From: Polymyxa betae A26-41
Lineage: Eukaryota; Protista; Endomyxa: Phytomyxea
Length of the DNA stretch: 64,000 nt
Assembly (NCBI GenBank): GCA_003693705.1
Contig: RBZT01000527.1
Span: 88,109 to 152,108, forward strand
Direction of reading: 5' to 3'
Position 1 is the stretch's first letter. Every line of letters begins with the position of its first letter. The notes under the pieces were generated by a model that did no database searches, was not told where the DNA came from, and saw only the letters and a list, made by a program, of their open reading frames with translations. Made by a program: the position numbers and the translations under genes. This document shows, piece by piece, positions 37,877 to 52,292 of this stretch.

Positions 37877-38214
37877 GGTCGGTACATAACAGATACTGCA
37901 TTTCCACATGGAATCTGTCCATAACTGTCATTTATCTGTTTTTAGGTGCTTAATATTGCATATGTACATCTCTCTTTATTACATTAATATTATTATCAGT
38001 TGATATGTATTGTTATTTATTTGAATAAATACTGTGATTACAAGTTATGAAAATCGTTCAATCAATCATATGTAATTGCAATAATGTAGATAGCAGTTGT
38101 AGATTCAAGAACGGGCCTCTAAATCTCAATGCAGATTGAAAAGATCCTTGATAGAATGCAGGTATCAATTGATGCGCATTTCTGATTCCAATTTCCACCT
38201 TTATCGGCCATGTT

Positions 38215-40552
38215 ATGACGACTTCGTCAACCGGGGCGTTAGCAGCTGGCGACCGCGTTCTAATCTACAATTCAGTGGGTGTCGTTCGCTATGTAGGTCC
38301 GACCCAGTTTGCCGATGGTGAATGGGTCGGTGTTGAACTCGATTATCCTGGTAAGGACTAGTTTAGATGATAGATAGACTAGCGATTTGATTTGTTGAAT
38401 GTTATAGTTGGAGATAATGATGGTGAAGTCGAGCATGTAAGATATTTCAGTTGCTCTTCGAAGCATGGAGTCTTTATGAGACCAAACCAGGTATGATTCA
38501 GCAATGTCCAGTGGTTTACTTGATGAAATACAAATTAGGTTCGCGTGCTTGATAACCGTTTCGTGCACAATGATCATGATGAAAATTGCTTGAAGATGGG
38601 TTCTTCTGAACTGTTTCGCTCAGATCTGCCACAATCTGGGAAGGTGAACTTATTCGATGACTGTGATCTTTTTGAAGGTGCCCTTTGTCTCGTTGCTTGC
38701 CCTACCATATTCGCTGAGCATTACTACAGAATTTGCTGTTAACCCTGATTTGATTAACGACATTCGACTATGGGTATTTGGTGAGAATCATCATGGACAG
38801 CTGGGATTAGGTCATCAACGTCCTGCTTGCTTATTACCAACCCTTCTCAACATCTTCAACACGTACGACGACAGCACATCGGCGTTTATACTTAATATCG
38901 TGATCGGTGGAGATTACTCTCTGGCGCTTGTTTGCGACGATCAACAAATTGTTCATGTCATGTCTGTTGGTATCTCTCCTGATACTTCTGGTACCAAACA
39001 TCATCGATGCCTGTTCAAGCAAATCGATAATGAACGCGACGAGTTGATTGCGATAGCTGCCAGCGAACGTATTTATGCACTCTGCTTCAAGGACGGATCT
39101 GTCCAGATCTCGGGAAAATGGTCGGGGCAGTCTTCAGGGTTTGATAGAATTCGCCAAGTACAATGCTCGGACGACTTCGTCGTCGTTTGCGACGTCGGTG
39201 GTGTGACCTTGATTGGTTGCGACCTGCGAAAAATACCGGTTCGGTTTCCTGATAATGTGAACATTGTTGATATCTCATGCCGTGCTGCATCCTATCTGGC
39301 CCTATCAGGTATGAAGCTATTAGACGAGAATGATGTTCACACTGGTTTAGATTCTGGCTCTGTATGGAATTGGAATGATTCTTTGATTGGTGACGACGTG
39401 GTGGCGAAACGGATTGAGATCGATGCTATAATTAAACAAATCGCCTGTGGCAACGAACACTACTTAGCATTAAGCAGTAATACAGCTGGTCGCTGCCTTT
39501 TCGATACATACTGAGATACATCGGCAGATGATAGTGATGTGTACAGTTGGGGCTCTGATAAATATGGATGCATTGGAACAGGCGCATATTCAGATCAAAC
39601 CATTCCTGTTCTGATTTCATGCATAACCCATCCTGTGATTGCTATCGCTGCTGGTGCCCATCATTCTGTTTGTCTCACAGATAATGGCAGTGTCTATACT
39701 TGGGGTGATGGAACTCAGGGACAGTTGTATCACTATTTCGTCTTCTCTCTGTATGGTTCTTATTAATTTGTAGAGGACATGGTGACACGTCGAGCTTCCC
39801 GATGCCTCGTCCTGTCCTATCGCTCGAAAATAAAGGTATTCGTCAGATCGGTGCAGGTCCTAATCAGACCTTTGCTTATGCTAACAAATTCGTTGGTAAG
39901 GGCTATCATTCCGGGTTATACGTTGGTGTTCACGTTCCTGATTAGGTCCGGATAAGGTTTCTCAAGGTTTAGATCAGTTCTTCGCTGATACCAGAAGTTT
40001 GCCTTCTCTGCGTGAGCACCATCACGTATTCGGAAGTACGCATTACGATGATCCTGTTATCATGGATGTCGCTCTTAACAATTCAACTATTGAAAGAATT
40101 CTCAAACAAATGACTTGGCGATTTGATTCGAAACCTTATAGTTAGTGACGTTGTATCGCGTTGTTTGATAAGTGCTGACCTAAATCCAAGATTTGGATGT
40201 GATTCAATGTGAACGGGTGCACTTGTCGCATCGATCAATCCACTTCGAAGTAGATCAAGATATCTCTTATCGAGGTGCTGTAAATAGCTATATTCGTATT
40301 TGCTACGAGCGTCATAATGTCAACAATCAGTTTCTATTCAAGAATCTGAGCGTGTCGAAGCGTACGAGTGCGGATAGCTCTAAGCTACGATGCACATTGC
40401 TAATCATTTGCAACGACAATTCTAAAATAGATGATTTAGCAGAAATTCCCGACTGGATTTCTCTTTTCATCGAGGCATTCTACCCTTTAGACGTCAATCC
40501 TCGGTTTGTTTTACTGTGTCCTGTGGACTGCTCTCAATCATCTGTAATATAA
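38215..40552 (+). CDS. CAP-Gly + RCC1-repeat protein, multi-exon
   Basis: First exons (absent from the ORF track) encode [51 protein letters not shown]; RCC1 repeats [55 protein letters not shown]. Confidence 0.8.
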
Positions 40553-40622
40553 TTGAAATTGTATTACCTGCCGGATCTCATCGTTGATCAATTCGGTGAG
40601 ATTAATATCCGGCAACAAAATT

Positions 40623-41731
40623 ATGTCTTTACTCTGGACTCGCAATGCTCGATCTTTGAGAGTTGTCAAGTCTGTGGCATTCTCACGAAGCCTGTCATCG
40701 ATTAGTCCCACAACGATATTTGATTCATTGCCAGATGCATCATCTACAGTGGCGTCAGAGATATCTTGGTTGCCATCGTCAGAGCTTCGCCAGGCATTAC
40801 ATGCTCTTGAGGATTATACAGGGTTGCCGTTGTATGCTGGCATTGGTTTAAGCTGTATCGCCATTCGGTTATGCACAGTTCCCCTTTTAGTGATGCAGCA
40901 GCGGCAAGCATCTTTGCTAGCGGCATGTCGGCCACAGCTGCAATACCTTCGATATCTATTCTCGCATGATCGAGAAATGCCTTTCAAAGAGCGATTGGCA
41001 ACGTATCAAAGGACATCACGTCTTATAAAGGATAAATATGGGTATAGGGGCACATTATTGTCTATATTGATGGTCACAATTCTTTAGGTATTCGCGATTA
41101 AAGGCTTGGCCCTACTTGCTTGTTCAAACTCCTTTATTCCTCGGCTTTGTCCTTTCACTTCGTCAAGTTCTAGCTAATGATGCAGCAATGACAGAAGGAG
41201 GAACTCTCTGGTTTAGTGATCTTACAAGGTCGTTAACGCCTCTGCATTTGATGTCTTTTTTTTCAGTCTGACTTTGATATTCTAGTAAGGATTCAACATT
41301 TGCTCTACCAGTGGTTGCCATTGGACTAACATATTATACACTTGAAATGGCAATCAACAGACAGACAAATCCAAAACAGGATAAGCAGAATCAAGCTCTA
41401 TTCCCCAAAATTATTTCTTGGTGAGTTTCTTGTATGACATTGTTCAGAGTATATCTGATGGGTTTCAGGTACCAAACTGCATTGATACTAAGTTTCCCGC
41501 TGATTACACAGATGCCTGCTGGTGTATTTCTATATTGGATTAATTCGAGGTCAGCATTCAACGTCCAGAATGACTCGAAAATTAACAGTATTTCTTAGTT
41601 TATGGTCAATCGCTCAGTCAAAGATATTACTTATGCCAAGCATCCGGGAAAAACTTGGCTATACAGATGTAGTAAATTCAGCTCGATATCCAAACGATAC
41701 CAAGACTGCAAGTCTGGAGAACGTCAAATAA
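40623..41731 (+). CDS. Mitochondrial YidC/Oxa1/Cox18 insertase, multi-exon
   Basis: Presequence; TGLPLYAGI..IRLCTVPL, VQTPLF, EGGTLWFSDLT..D..FALP, MPAGVFLYWI. Confidence 0.88.
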
Positions 41732-42379
41732 ACAAAGTTCTTACTATTGAGCAGCAGAGGATGAACGTACTGGTGAGAGTTTCGGTTCTCTAGAAACATC
41801 CTGCTGCAGCAAGATCTGGGCACACAATCTTACTAAATAGTGCTGTACGCTAGTATTTCTACTATGCTAAGTATGGTTGGAATAGCTGGCCTGGGCTAGG
41901 GTTTGTTAGAGAAAGACCCCGCCCTACCCCCCTTGGGCACCCCAAGCAGCAGCAGACGGAACCTCATTGACAGGTTCGTGGCCTCTGAGCAGGGCCAGCT
42001 GGGAGGGGGGGGGGGTGGTCAGTCTGAAGCACATCATGGCCCCTTTTGGGGTCCTGGTGTCGCATATCATCCCCAAGCTCGTTCTCTCTCTATGAGTTTC
42101 ACTCAGCGATATTGCACTATTAAGGCTTGCTTCGCTTCTCTGCTGCCGTTTGTCGCCAGACACGTCTTGTAGCCGCTTTGTTCCTCTCTAGCCTACTCCT
42201 TGGTGTCTTTTGATTTCTGCTCATTCCGATCGTAAAGAAAGAAGTCAAATCAATCGCAGAGCTTCTTCAATTCGTTCTTCAGATTGATTTCTGAAACTTG
42301 ATTGTGACTGTCTGACTTCTTAAAAAAAGCTGGGTCTCAGAAGTCAGAAATAGAAGCTACATCCCTGTCGCAACCGACC

Positions 42380-44090
42380 ATGTCTCAAGTACGTCGTCGG
42401 CTTCCAATGCCACGTATTCGTGATTGGAAGACAGCTGTTAATCGCCGGACGCCCTTATCTAGGCCTAGCTCAACCGACAAACTTCAAGTGCTGTATGAAA
42501 ATGAAGCATTTGGTACAGAGGCTGTCAACGAAGGCAGCCCATGGCAAGATTTAGAGGAACCTAAGCCTGGTGATCCCATTTCTGATCTCTGCGATCCGGA
42601 TTTGGAACCGCTCCCACCTGTTATAACTCAGTCGCCGTTCCCTAAACGTACCACGATTATGCAAAATGTCATGAAGTTCGAGGCTTCAGTATCACCAGAT
42701 AGTGCAGATGGTGATAAAGATTACTTCTCGAGAAGGCATATGCGAGAAAACAAATCTCTCGATTCTATTGTCATATCGCATTTATCATCTGCTAGAAAGG
42801 CGTTATGGTCCTCGTCCTCTGCCATCCCTGGACGATTATCCTGCGATTCCCCACCTATGATTGTTGAGCCACGTCGTCCTCTTTCCACCAAATCTGATTC
42901 TCCAGATGTGCTACGTTCACCAACGACTCTCTTCATGCCTGAGGATGCTACGCTTACTGTCGACCATCGCATACCTGAGCCTTCTTCAGAGCAGTATGAT
43001 ATGCTGCAGTCGGTAACCCAATCTACCTTTATGGAAGCTATTGAAGATCCGTCTTTACCTAAGGCCAGCATTCAGATTTTTCCTCATGGCATCTCCGGAA
43101 CTGGAATTCAGTCTCAGGAACGTGGACCTGCTGTTGATCGCTTTCTGCTGGCTCACCAGATTCGACGCATTTCAATGCATCGCTCCAAGCTGCAGCTCGA
43201 TCAGGATGCTAATCGGCGAGTAGCTTCTGAACAAATTCTTCAAGCGCTGAACGAAAAGAATGCTCTGATGACACCCCAAACGGCCACTAGCTCAAGATCA
43301 GAAGGATGTGATAGCGATGAGCCAGAATTTTCAAGTTCACCCAGAGTTGAATCTGATGTCAGAGAGGAGCCACAGTATATACGAAACCAAAATATGAAAG
43401 AGGGCCAGCAAAAAGAAAGTCGCACTGGTAAATCTGCTGTGTTGGAAGAGGGTGAGCTGGAACTGCCGTTCAAGACCTCACGTAAAGGCATATGCATGGA
43501 TATTACTATTGATGATGATAACGGTGAAGAAGGAAAAGTTAGTGGCCAACGAAAGATTCCAGTGTTTTTCAGGAGAAAATCACGAACTTCCCGACAAAAT
43601 CTTCACAAGCCTTCGCCGTCTCCGCGTCCCGATTCTAGGTTACTACCTCGATCCAACAGAAATCTAATTCGAAACGCGATTTCACGTGTTTGTTTGGCTG
43701 GTGGCGCAACTGGATCTGAAAGAAATCGAACATTAGAAGCCTTGGATTCATGTCCTTCGGAATGGTTCATCATCTTACTACGTGAGCAGCGACACAAATT
43801 CAGAGGCTTGTTTCGTGTTGAGGCCGGAAGCGAAGGCAATCCTCCTATGATAATCCGGATCTTTGGAGATGGACCTCTACAAATTTCTTTCAATTCCATT
43901 AGCGCTTTTTTCAAGTACGATAGCGCAAACAAGTGTTTCGATTCTCTACCAACTCGTCATCTAACAGCGACAACTGATGCAGGTAATGAGCGCGTCTTAG
44001 TATGTAGTAAGTTTCAGCTCAGTGAGATGATTTTTTGTAGTTTCAGTTATCCCGAGACGATACGGCTCTAAATCAAGCCGTACGATGTAA
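42380..44090 (+). CDS. CKK-domain (CAMSAP/Patronin-type) microtubule-binding protein, 2 exons
   Basis: C-terminal SNRNLIRNAISRVCLAG..FIILLR..KFRGLF..GDGP..FFKYDSANKCF..LPTRHLTATTDA; long disordered N-terminus. Confidence 0.88.
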
Positions 44091-44203
44091 CTCATGTAAG
44101 CAATTATTACCAGAAGATCATGTTTAACAAACATCAACCTATCAAAGAGTTATGCACTGTATAGTCATTCAGCGTCTATCTATAAACTATTGCTGCAAAT
44201 AAA

Positions 44204-44821
44204 TCATTTAATATCTGTATTAGCCCGCCTAATGTCGAGATATGCTTGTATAGTGTGCCTGGTCATATTTTCAATCATGCCATAGTGATGGGCTTTTGAA
44301 TATCTTAAACTCAGGCGAGGATGTGTATACGTTGCCAGAGCTCCAGTTAAATCACAGTATTTTTTAACAGGTTTCAATGTTGGAGGACCTTGAATAGAAA
44401 GATATGAAGGAGCGTTGAGGTCGATCTCCCTAACGCTTTCATGTTTAATAATTTGCTTCAAGTTCTTCCAATTCTTGGATTTCTGTTGACTGTCAGATTT
44501 TTTAAATTTCAAAGGAGGAAGTCGACCAGTTTTCGCTCGCCATGAAGCTTCGATTGTTTTTGATGCATGTCCCGACTCCCACAGTTTGATATTCGCTGTT
44601 GTGTGAGGAAGTAACTCATCCCGAGATGAAATTAACATAATGCCATCCCTATTCTGAGACAGATGCCGATGGCGAATATCAAGGCAGACGACAAACTGAG
44701 CTGGCTCCGATACGACAGCCAATAAAAACCCTCTTAACAGCGAGCCGTCAACCCGAATATACACGATATCGTCTATATTGATGTTGGTATTGTTGGTATT
44801 CTTGGGCTCTGAAGATGTCAT
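44204..44821 (-). CDS. IES6: INO80 complex subunit C / Ies6 (YL1_C domain) with N-terminal extension
   Basis: WKNLKQII, PSYLSIQGPPTLKPVKKYCDLTG..ATYTHP..LRY, QAYLDIRRA. Confidence 0.88.
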   Translation of the reverse strand: MTSSEPKNTNNTNINIDDIVYIRVDGSLLRGFLLAVVSEPAQFVVCLDIRHRHLSQNRDGIMLISSRDELLPHTTANIKLWESGHASKTIEASWRAKTGRLPPLKFKKSDSQQKSKNWKNLKQIIKHESVREIDLNAPSYLSIQGPPTLKPVKKYCDLTGALATYTHPRLSLRYSKAHHYGMIENMTRHTIQAYLDIRRANTDIK

Positions 44822-45032
44822 GGTATGAGCAGATCAGTAATATCTCTAATAGAAAAGTAGAGGGGGATGCGTACTGTAGAGTCTCTCCAAGTAATGTTAC
44901 ATTATGATGGTGGTTTAATACTGAATTAGATGATCTCATCATTTTCAAAGGGATTAATCCAGCAAGTATCTAGAAGTTCAGAACTGGCAGGTCTTTTGAC
45001 CTCATGCTTGTCCTGATAAAAAAGTACTTGCA

Positions 45033-45895
45033 ATGGAGATTCTTCATCACTCCTGTGGTAGCAATTCTGCTTTCAATCATCGCCCTGTGTGTCAATTTTT
45101 TGGTGGCTCCCTATCAACAGATCGTCTTCAGCAATGATCCCAGTTTGCAGGTATGAATTCTCAATTGAGGATTACATTGGTAAATTTATTTGCACAGTAT
45201 CCCTATGTGCAGAGCACTGTTCCAATGTGGGTACTTTACCTGTTAGCATTTCTTACATTTGGCATCGTCGTAGTATACAGTGGATTCATTAAGCGAGATT
45301 GGAATGAAGTGATCCTAGCCTTCTATGCTTGGATTGCCGGTATCTCCATTGATTGGTTTCTAATCACAACCATTAAGATCATTACTGGAAGACCAAGACC
45401 CAACTTCGTACACAATCCTGTGAATATCAATCTGTTACAATTCATTTCAGTCTGATTAACTGATGATATAGAGCCCGGCAAGTGGTCGAGTCAGTTTTCC
45501 ATCAGGTCATACCGGGTTCTCATTCACGATATTCTATCTATTATCGCAATGGATTTTGTTCAGATTCAGGTTCGATCCATGTTGGTTAGCTGTTGCCTGA
45601 TCCTCAAACATTTCCAGAGAGAAGAATCTTCCTGCAAGATATAATTTTACGATTATGGTGTTGTCGATGTCACCATTACTAGTCGCTATATGGATTGGCA
45701 TTACTCGCATTCGAGATTATCATCATCATCATTCGGATGGTATGATGAAGTGGGCAATCCTTGCAATCTGTTTGATTCGATGGTTTTCTAGTTGTTGCCG
45801 GTGCTCTTATTGGAGTAGTAGCTGCTCGTATAGGCTATTCCTCACATTTTTCTGACACCAAGGACAATGTTATTGTTAACAGTGATGATTGGTGA
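45033..45895 (+). CDS. PAP2-family lipid phosphate phosphatase, multi-exon
   Basis: KIITGRPRPNF, SFPSGHT, TRIRDYHHHHSDVVAGALIG. Confidence 0.9.
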
Positions 45896-46084
45896 ATCCG
45901 GTCTGCATATTTTATGTCTTCTCACTTATTCCTGAATCGTTGTGATCACTTTCATTGTTCTATGAATGGGAAACTGTCCTAATCTTTATTAATACAATGA
46001 ATTCTGTACTGTCCCTCATGGAGTCTTCACCAGTTTATTTGATGGAGGATAAATTATATTTACAGTATGGCATATACACGGTTT

Positions 46085-47090
46085 CTATGCAGGACCGTAT
46101 TGTCGCAGACGATCTTCAAATTTTTGAGTGATGGAAATCTTTGGGAGTGGCTTGTTTGAGCTCAATGGTTTTTTTGTGAATGAAAAAAATGGGCTTTGAT
46201 CACTTTTTCTAACAGGGCCACATGACCCTGGGGTAGAAAGGTTTGATCGATTACGAAATGGTCTATGCCAGTTAAACACAGGACTTCCCTGAATATGATA
46301 ATTGGAGATGTTTCTATCGCCAATCTGTGGATTCCATTCTAGTTGACTAACTTGCTCAGCGCTTTCAACTAATGATGGGTTCTCTTCTGTATAATTAGAA
46401 CCAGCAGCTCGATTAGAATCCGAATATACTGTTTCTTCTAGATGCTCATTCTGAATATTTGTGTTGCCTAGTTGCTCATCATAAACGGAGCCGTTAGAAC
46501 CTTGTTCTTCATCATCAGACAATATTCTCCTTCTAAAAACTTGTTGTCTAGATCGGGACATTTGAGCTGGACCAATTGGCGGGACTCCAGAATTGAGTTC
46601 AGCTCCAGAAGCTAATCGGAGACGTGGCCGACGCCTAATTTCGCGTCGTTCGTGGCAGATTTGTCCTTCCGGAGCAATAAAATCGTCAATTTGCAGATTC
46701 TCTTCTTCTTGTTCTAATAAAGCTTCAATCGCAGCCAAATCTATAAAGGACCAGTTATTGTGAACGTTTATCATTACTCACTATATCATACCATCATCTT
46801 CATTTATAGTAGCTGCTTGTTTCCGATCTGGAACTGCTACAGAAACCTTTCCAGTGTAGATAGAAGTGAACCTTTTCTTACAGCTGTACTGGCGATCAAT
46901 AATTCGATAAAAGCTGAGAACAATGAAGCTGGTACAGGGGACATAAGTTGGTGATAGTGGCCCATTGCTGTAGACACGGTCTACACATTGTATGATGGCA
47001 TGATGATGGACGTGATGGCAGCAATATCCTATCGAGACATATAGGACATGGAGATATCGATCTAACTTCAGACAACATCTGCGTGATCAT
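46085..47090 (-). CDS. RING-finger protein with disordered C-terminus
   Basis: CPICL..CHHTMCRPCLQQW..NLCPL spliced to CKKRF; downstream 229-aa low-complexity ORF. Confidence 0.7.
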
Positions 47091-47313
47091 TTGAAGAATG
47101 GCGCCTAAACCCTACTTACTATATGTCATCATATCACAGTCAGTGTCACAGCCATTATAATGGTAATCGTGTAGGCTCAGAAGGCTTCCGGGGCCCTTGC
47201 CGACTATATGATTCCTGTACTAAGTCCTGATTCTTACCACATATGTAGATGCGACCTTAGCATCCATTCATATTGAATCCGAACCAGTACAACGTTAGCT
47301 GGCGACAGCAGAT

Positions 47314-48278
47314 ATGTTGAAGAATCGACCCCGACCCAAGCAAAGATGTTATAAACTACTCGAAGAGACGGTTCGATATGCCCAAAACTTGTGCTGATCA
47401 AAGCTCATCCAATTGATTGATAGCCCAATAAGTTCCCCGAATATTTATAGAAGCTCTTGTTGCCGAATCTACTGAGTTAGGCTGTGAGTAGGGCTGTGCG
47501 AGCAGAAATATGGACACTGGGATAGAGCACTCTACGACACACTTCTATACGAAGGTGGCAAGATGGGTATTTGATTGAATCGAAGAAGCAGGAATCTTCT
47601 CATCTGGGCAGATGTGTGCCACTCTGAGTTCTCAGCTTTATCTGGGAAGCGACTGGTGCAGAGGAAGACTGTAGCGCTGGATCAGACCATGCGCACATCG
47701 TAATCGGCTTGTCTCAGCAGGTCTTTTACCTGTCACTATCTTCACCACGCCGTCCTTGAAATCGACATCTCCTATGAAGACTCTGTCTGGAACTGATCAG
47801 AGTCTCGACTAGAGAAGAGGTCAGTCTGGTCACGACTTCCAGTTGCCATCCACGTCCGCAGGCTTTTGATAACAGAATCGGCAAGAGTTTGGGAGAGTGT
47901 TGGGTGCTGCAAACGTTGCAAATTTCTTCCTATCATCCGTCGAATTCTTACTTCTTTGCCTTGGATTAATTTGCCCAAAACAAATTTGGTGTGAGCCTCT
48001 TGATATTTTGTGTCCGACTTTCGACCTTGCAGAACAGTTCAACGACGTCATGAATTGGGTCACCAATGCAAGCTATTGAGAACCATCAGCTTGGTCTTAA
48101 CCGATGTTTCCCTTCCAGCAAAGGACACCATTTTTATCATGTAATATCTATGACCTACTCTTGTGGAAGATCTTTTGCTGGTGAACTCGTATACTGGATT
48201 GCATTCGCGGTTCTGAATTTATTGGCTATAATCGGCCTGGGCATCTGTATTGCATTAGATGTTAGTACAATTCATTAA
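47314..48278 (+). CDS. Possible multi-exon hypothetical membrane protein (model unresolved)
   Basis: Hydrophobic plus-strand ORF fragments 47897-48079 and 48066-48278 plus GT-AG intron-like segments. Confidence 0.3.
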
Positions 48279-48651
48279 GACTCAATTAAGTCTCACTTTA
48301 TTTCATGGAATCTGTATCAACAGTCAACTCATTTTCAGATAAGAAATATCGTTGCGTGATAGTTAGTGCTGATCGTTCTTTTATGCTGATGCCTTCATAC
48401 GGAGGCGTTCTTGTTGCTTTAATTCCAACTGCATCGGCGTTCATTACACGATGCCGTTCTCTAGAATGAGGAGCGGTTGAAGATATCTTAATTACAGCCA
48501 ACACTTTTATGATGGGTTGTCTCAAAACATGATAGGAAATTATCAAACATTGGATTTCATTAAAGTGCTTAAGATAGATTGTTACTACATTTTCAGCATC
48601 ACAATCACAGGAATGTATTATAAACTTAATCATATCGAGGCTTGACTGAAG

Positions 48652-49340
48652 TTACTTGAATATTTGCACATTTCCAGACGCTTTACATTGATTTAATGTA
48701 TAGGTGACACTACGTCCTGATTCATATGTAAATGTGACCTTAGCAGTACTGGTGAATAGAGCCTGTCCATTTGAATTGAATCCAAACCAGCCCCCGTTCG
48801 AGATACTGCCTGCAATGCCTGCTAATCTAGCGCTCTTGACGACCTCTGATCCAGTATTAAGCAGGCCCAAATTCTGATAATATGCAGAGCCGGGTGTATT
48901 AGGGCGTTGATAGCAGATAGGAGCACTTCCAGATATTGGATTTGTAGATGATAAGGTGACAGTACAGCTTGTAATACCTGGCTGAGCATTTCCTGTTGCT
49001 TTAGCCCAAGTTTTTGCAATTAGATCAACTCCACAGCTCGTACTTCCAATATTACAGGTACTGGCCACAACAGCAGGCACATTGCACATTCTGGCCTCCT
49101 TTACATTGAATATTGAGAACCTTGCCACAAAGTCCAGAACGGAATGCAAGATTCCCTAATGAAGTAGATTGACCCAATGCTAAAGCATCAGTAATGATAT
49201 ATGGAGCTACAGGTAGAGAACAACCTCCAGGATCTGACTGAGTTGCCCAATATGTTCCTGGAACATTTGTAGCAGCACGACCTGAACGCAGTGATACAAT
49301 TACCAATAACCAATAACAGAAATGCAATCATTTTGAACAT
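48652..49340 (-). pseudogene. Secreted expansin-like (DPBB + beta-sandwich) gene disrupted by two 7-bp tandem duplications
   Basis: Removing one copy each of caataac (49304-49317) and gcacatt (49077-49090) gives a 675-nt ORF MFKMIAFLLLVIVSLRSGRA-ATNVPGTYW..GGCSLP..LCGKVLNIQC..VPAVVASTCN..CGVDL..QIFK*. Confidence 0.75.
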
Positions 49341-49741
49341 GATAATTGCTTTGAACACGATGATTAAAATCGGACGAATAGCAACGGAGATGGAAAGTCA
49401 TCGATACTAGTGAGCTATCTTGTCTATTATTCGATGAAAGACTTCGTCCGACAACTTCATTTCTTTAACCTAAGATTAATCAAAGGCGATGCAAACACAA
49501 AACCACTTGCAAGGAGAAGCAATCGTATTGTATTCAACCTATTTCAGAGGCTGGTGTAGTTCCTGTGTTAGATGCACCCTCTCGGGCTCCAATTCATTTG
49601 AAAAGTCTCCTATTGTCAAAGCTCTACCAGCAAAATTCAAAGCCGAGTTTGAAAACAGTTTGAGCGCAATAATTGCGAGATCCACGTAAACTTTGCTATA
49701 AATTCATGATCATGCTTTCTTCTTGGACTCGCAAGGCATAA

Positions 49742-50033
49742 GAGCCTGTTCAAAGTGAAAAAATGCGATAAAAAAATGCGGTAATTAAAAAAAATGCGGT
49801 CCAGGTATGACATCCGAAAAATGCTGAAAATGACTGTATTTAAATGAGGTAATAAATGAGATCGTGAGTTCTGCGAATTGCGTGGCGCCATAGGGATTGT
49901 TATTATATCACATTTAATTGAAAATCAGGTTGCGGAGCTCATTTTCAATAAATGCGATGCTAAAAATAGAGCGCAAATCTGATTGGAGGGTTGCTCATTT
50001 ATTTTCCGCATTTTTTTCACTTGGAACAGGCTC
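49742..50033. mobile_element. PIF/Harbinger (Tourist-like) MITE, 292 bp
   Basis: TIRs GAGCCTGTTCAAAGTGAAAAAATGCG / CGCATTTTTTTCACTTGGAACAGGCTC; TAA directly flanks both ends (49739-49741, 50034-50036); AT-rich non-coding interior. Confidence 0.88.
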
Positions 50034-50304
50034 TAATATAGCATTATGGATCATCTGTTTAAAATTTGAGCCAGTTTGCATTATGCCACCCAATATGACT
50101 CACAGAACGGGAGTCTTATAATTCGCAACCTCTGCGGTATCTCGCTGAATCCCCGAAGATTTCCTTCCTTTTCAGCGCAGCCGGCAAAAATCCCAAACTT
50201 CAGTGCGCAGTTCTTCACAGTTGACGTTTTTTAGAAAGTGCGCTGTTTATGTTGCAACCCTATCTATTCCTCTTTTATGCCTTAACGTGGTTGTCGTCTC
50301 CCTG

Positions 50305-52292
<1,988 letters not shown>

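Noticed and set aside
42311-42348. 10-bp inverted repeat tctgacttct/agaagtcaga before the CKK gene
   Set aside because: Too short to distinguish from chance; no TSD
1683-44090. Apparent clustering of microtubule genes (D2LIC, KIFBP, CAP-Gly, CKK) and lipid genes (SRD5A3, DGAT2, HACD, PAP2)
   Set aside because: Interspersed with unrelated genes on both strands; plausible by chance in a gene-dense genome
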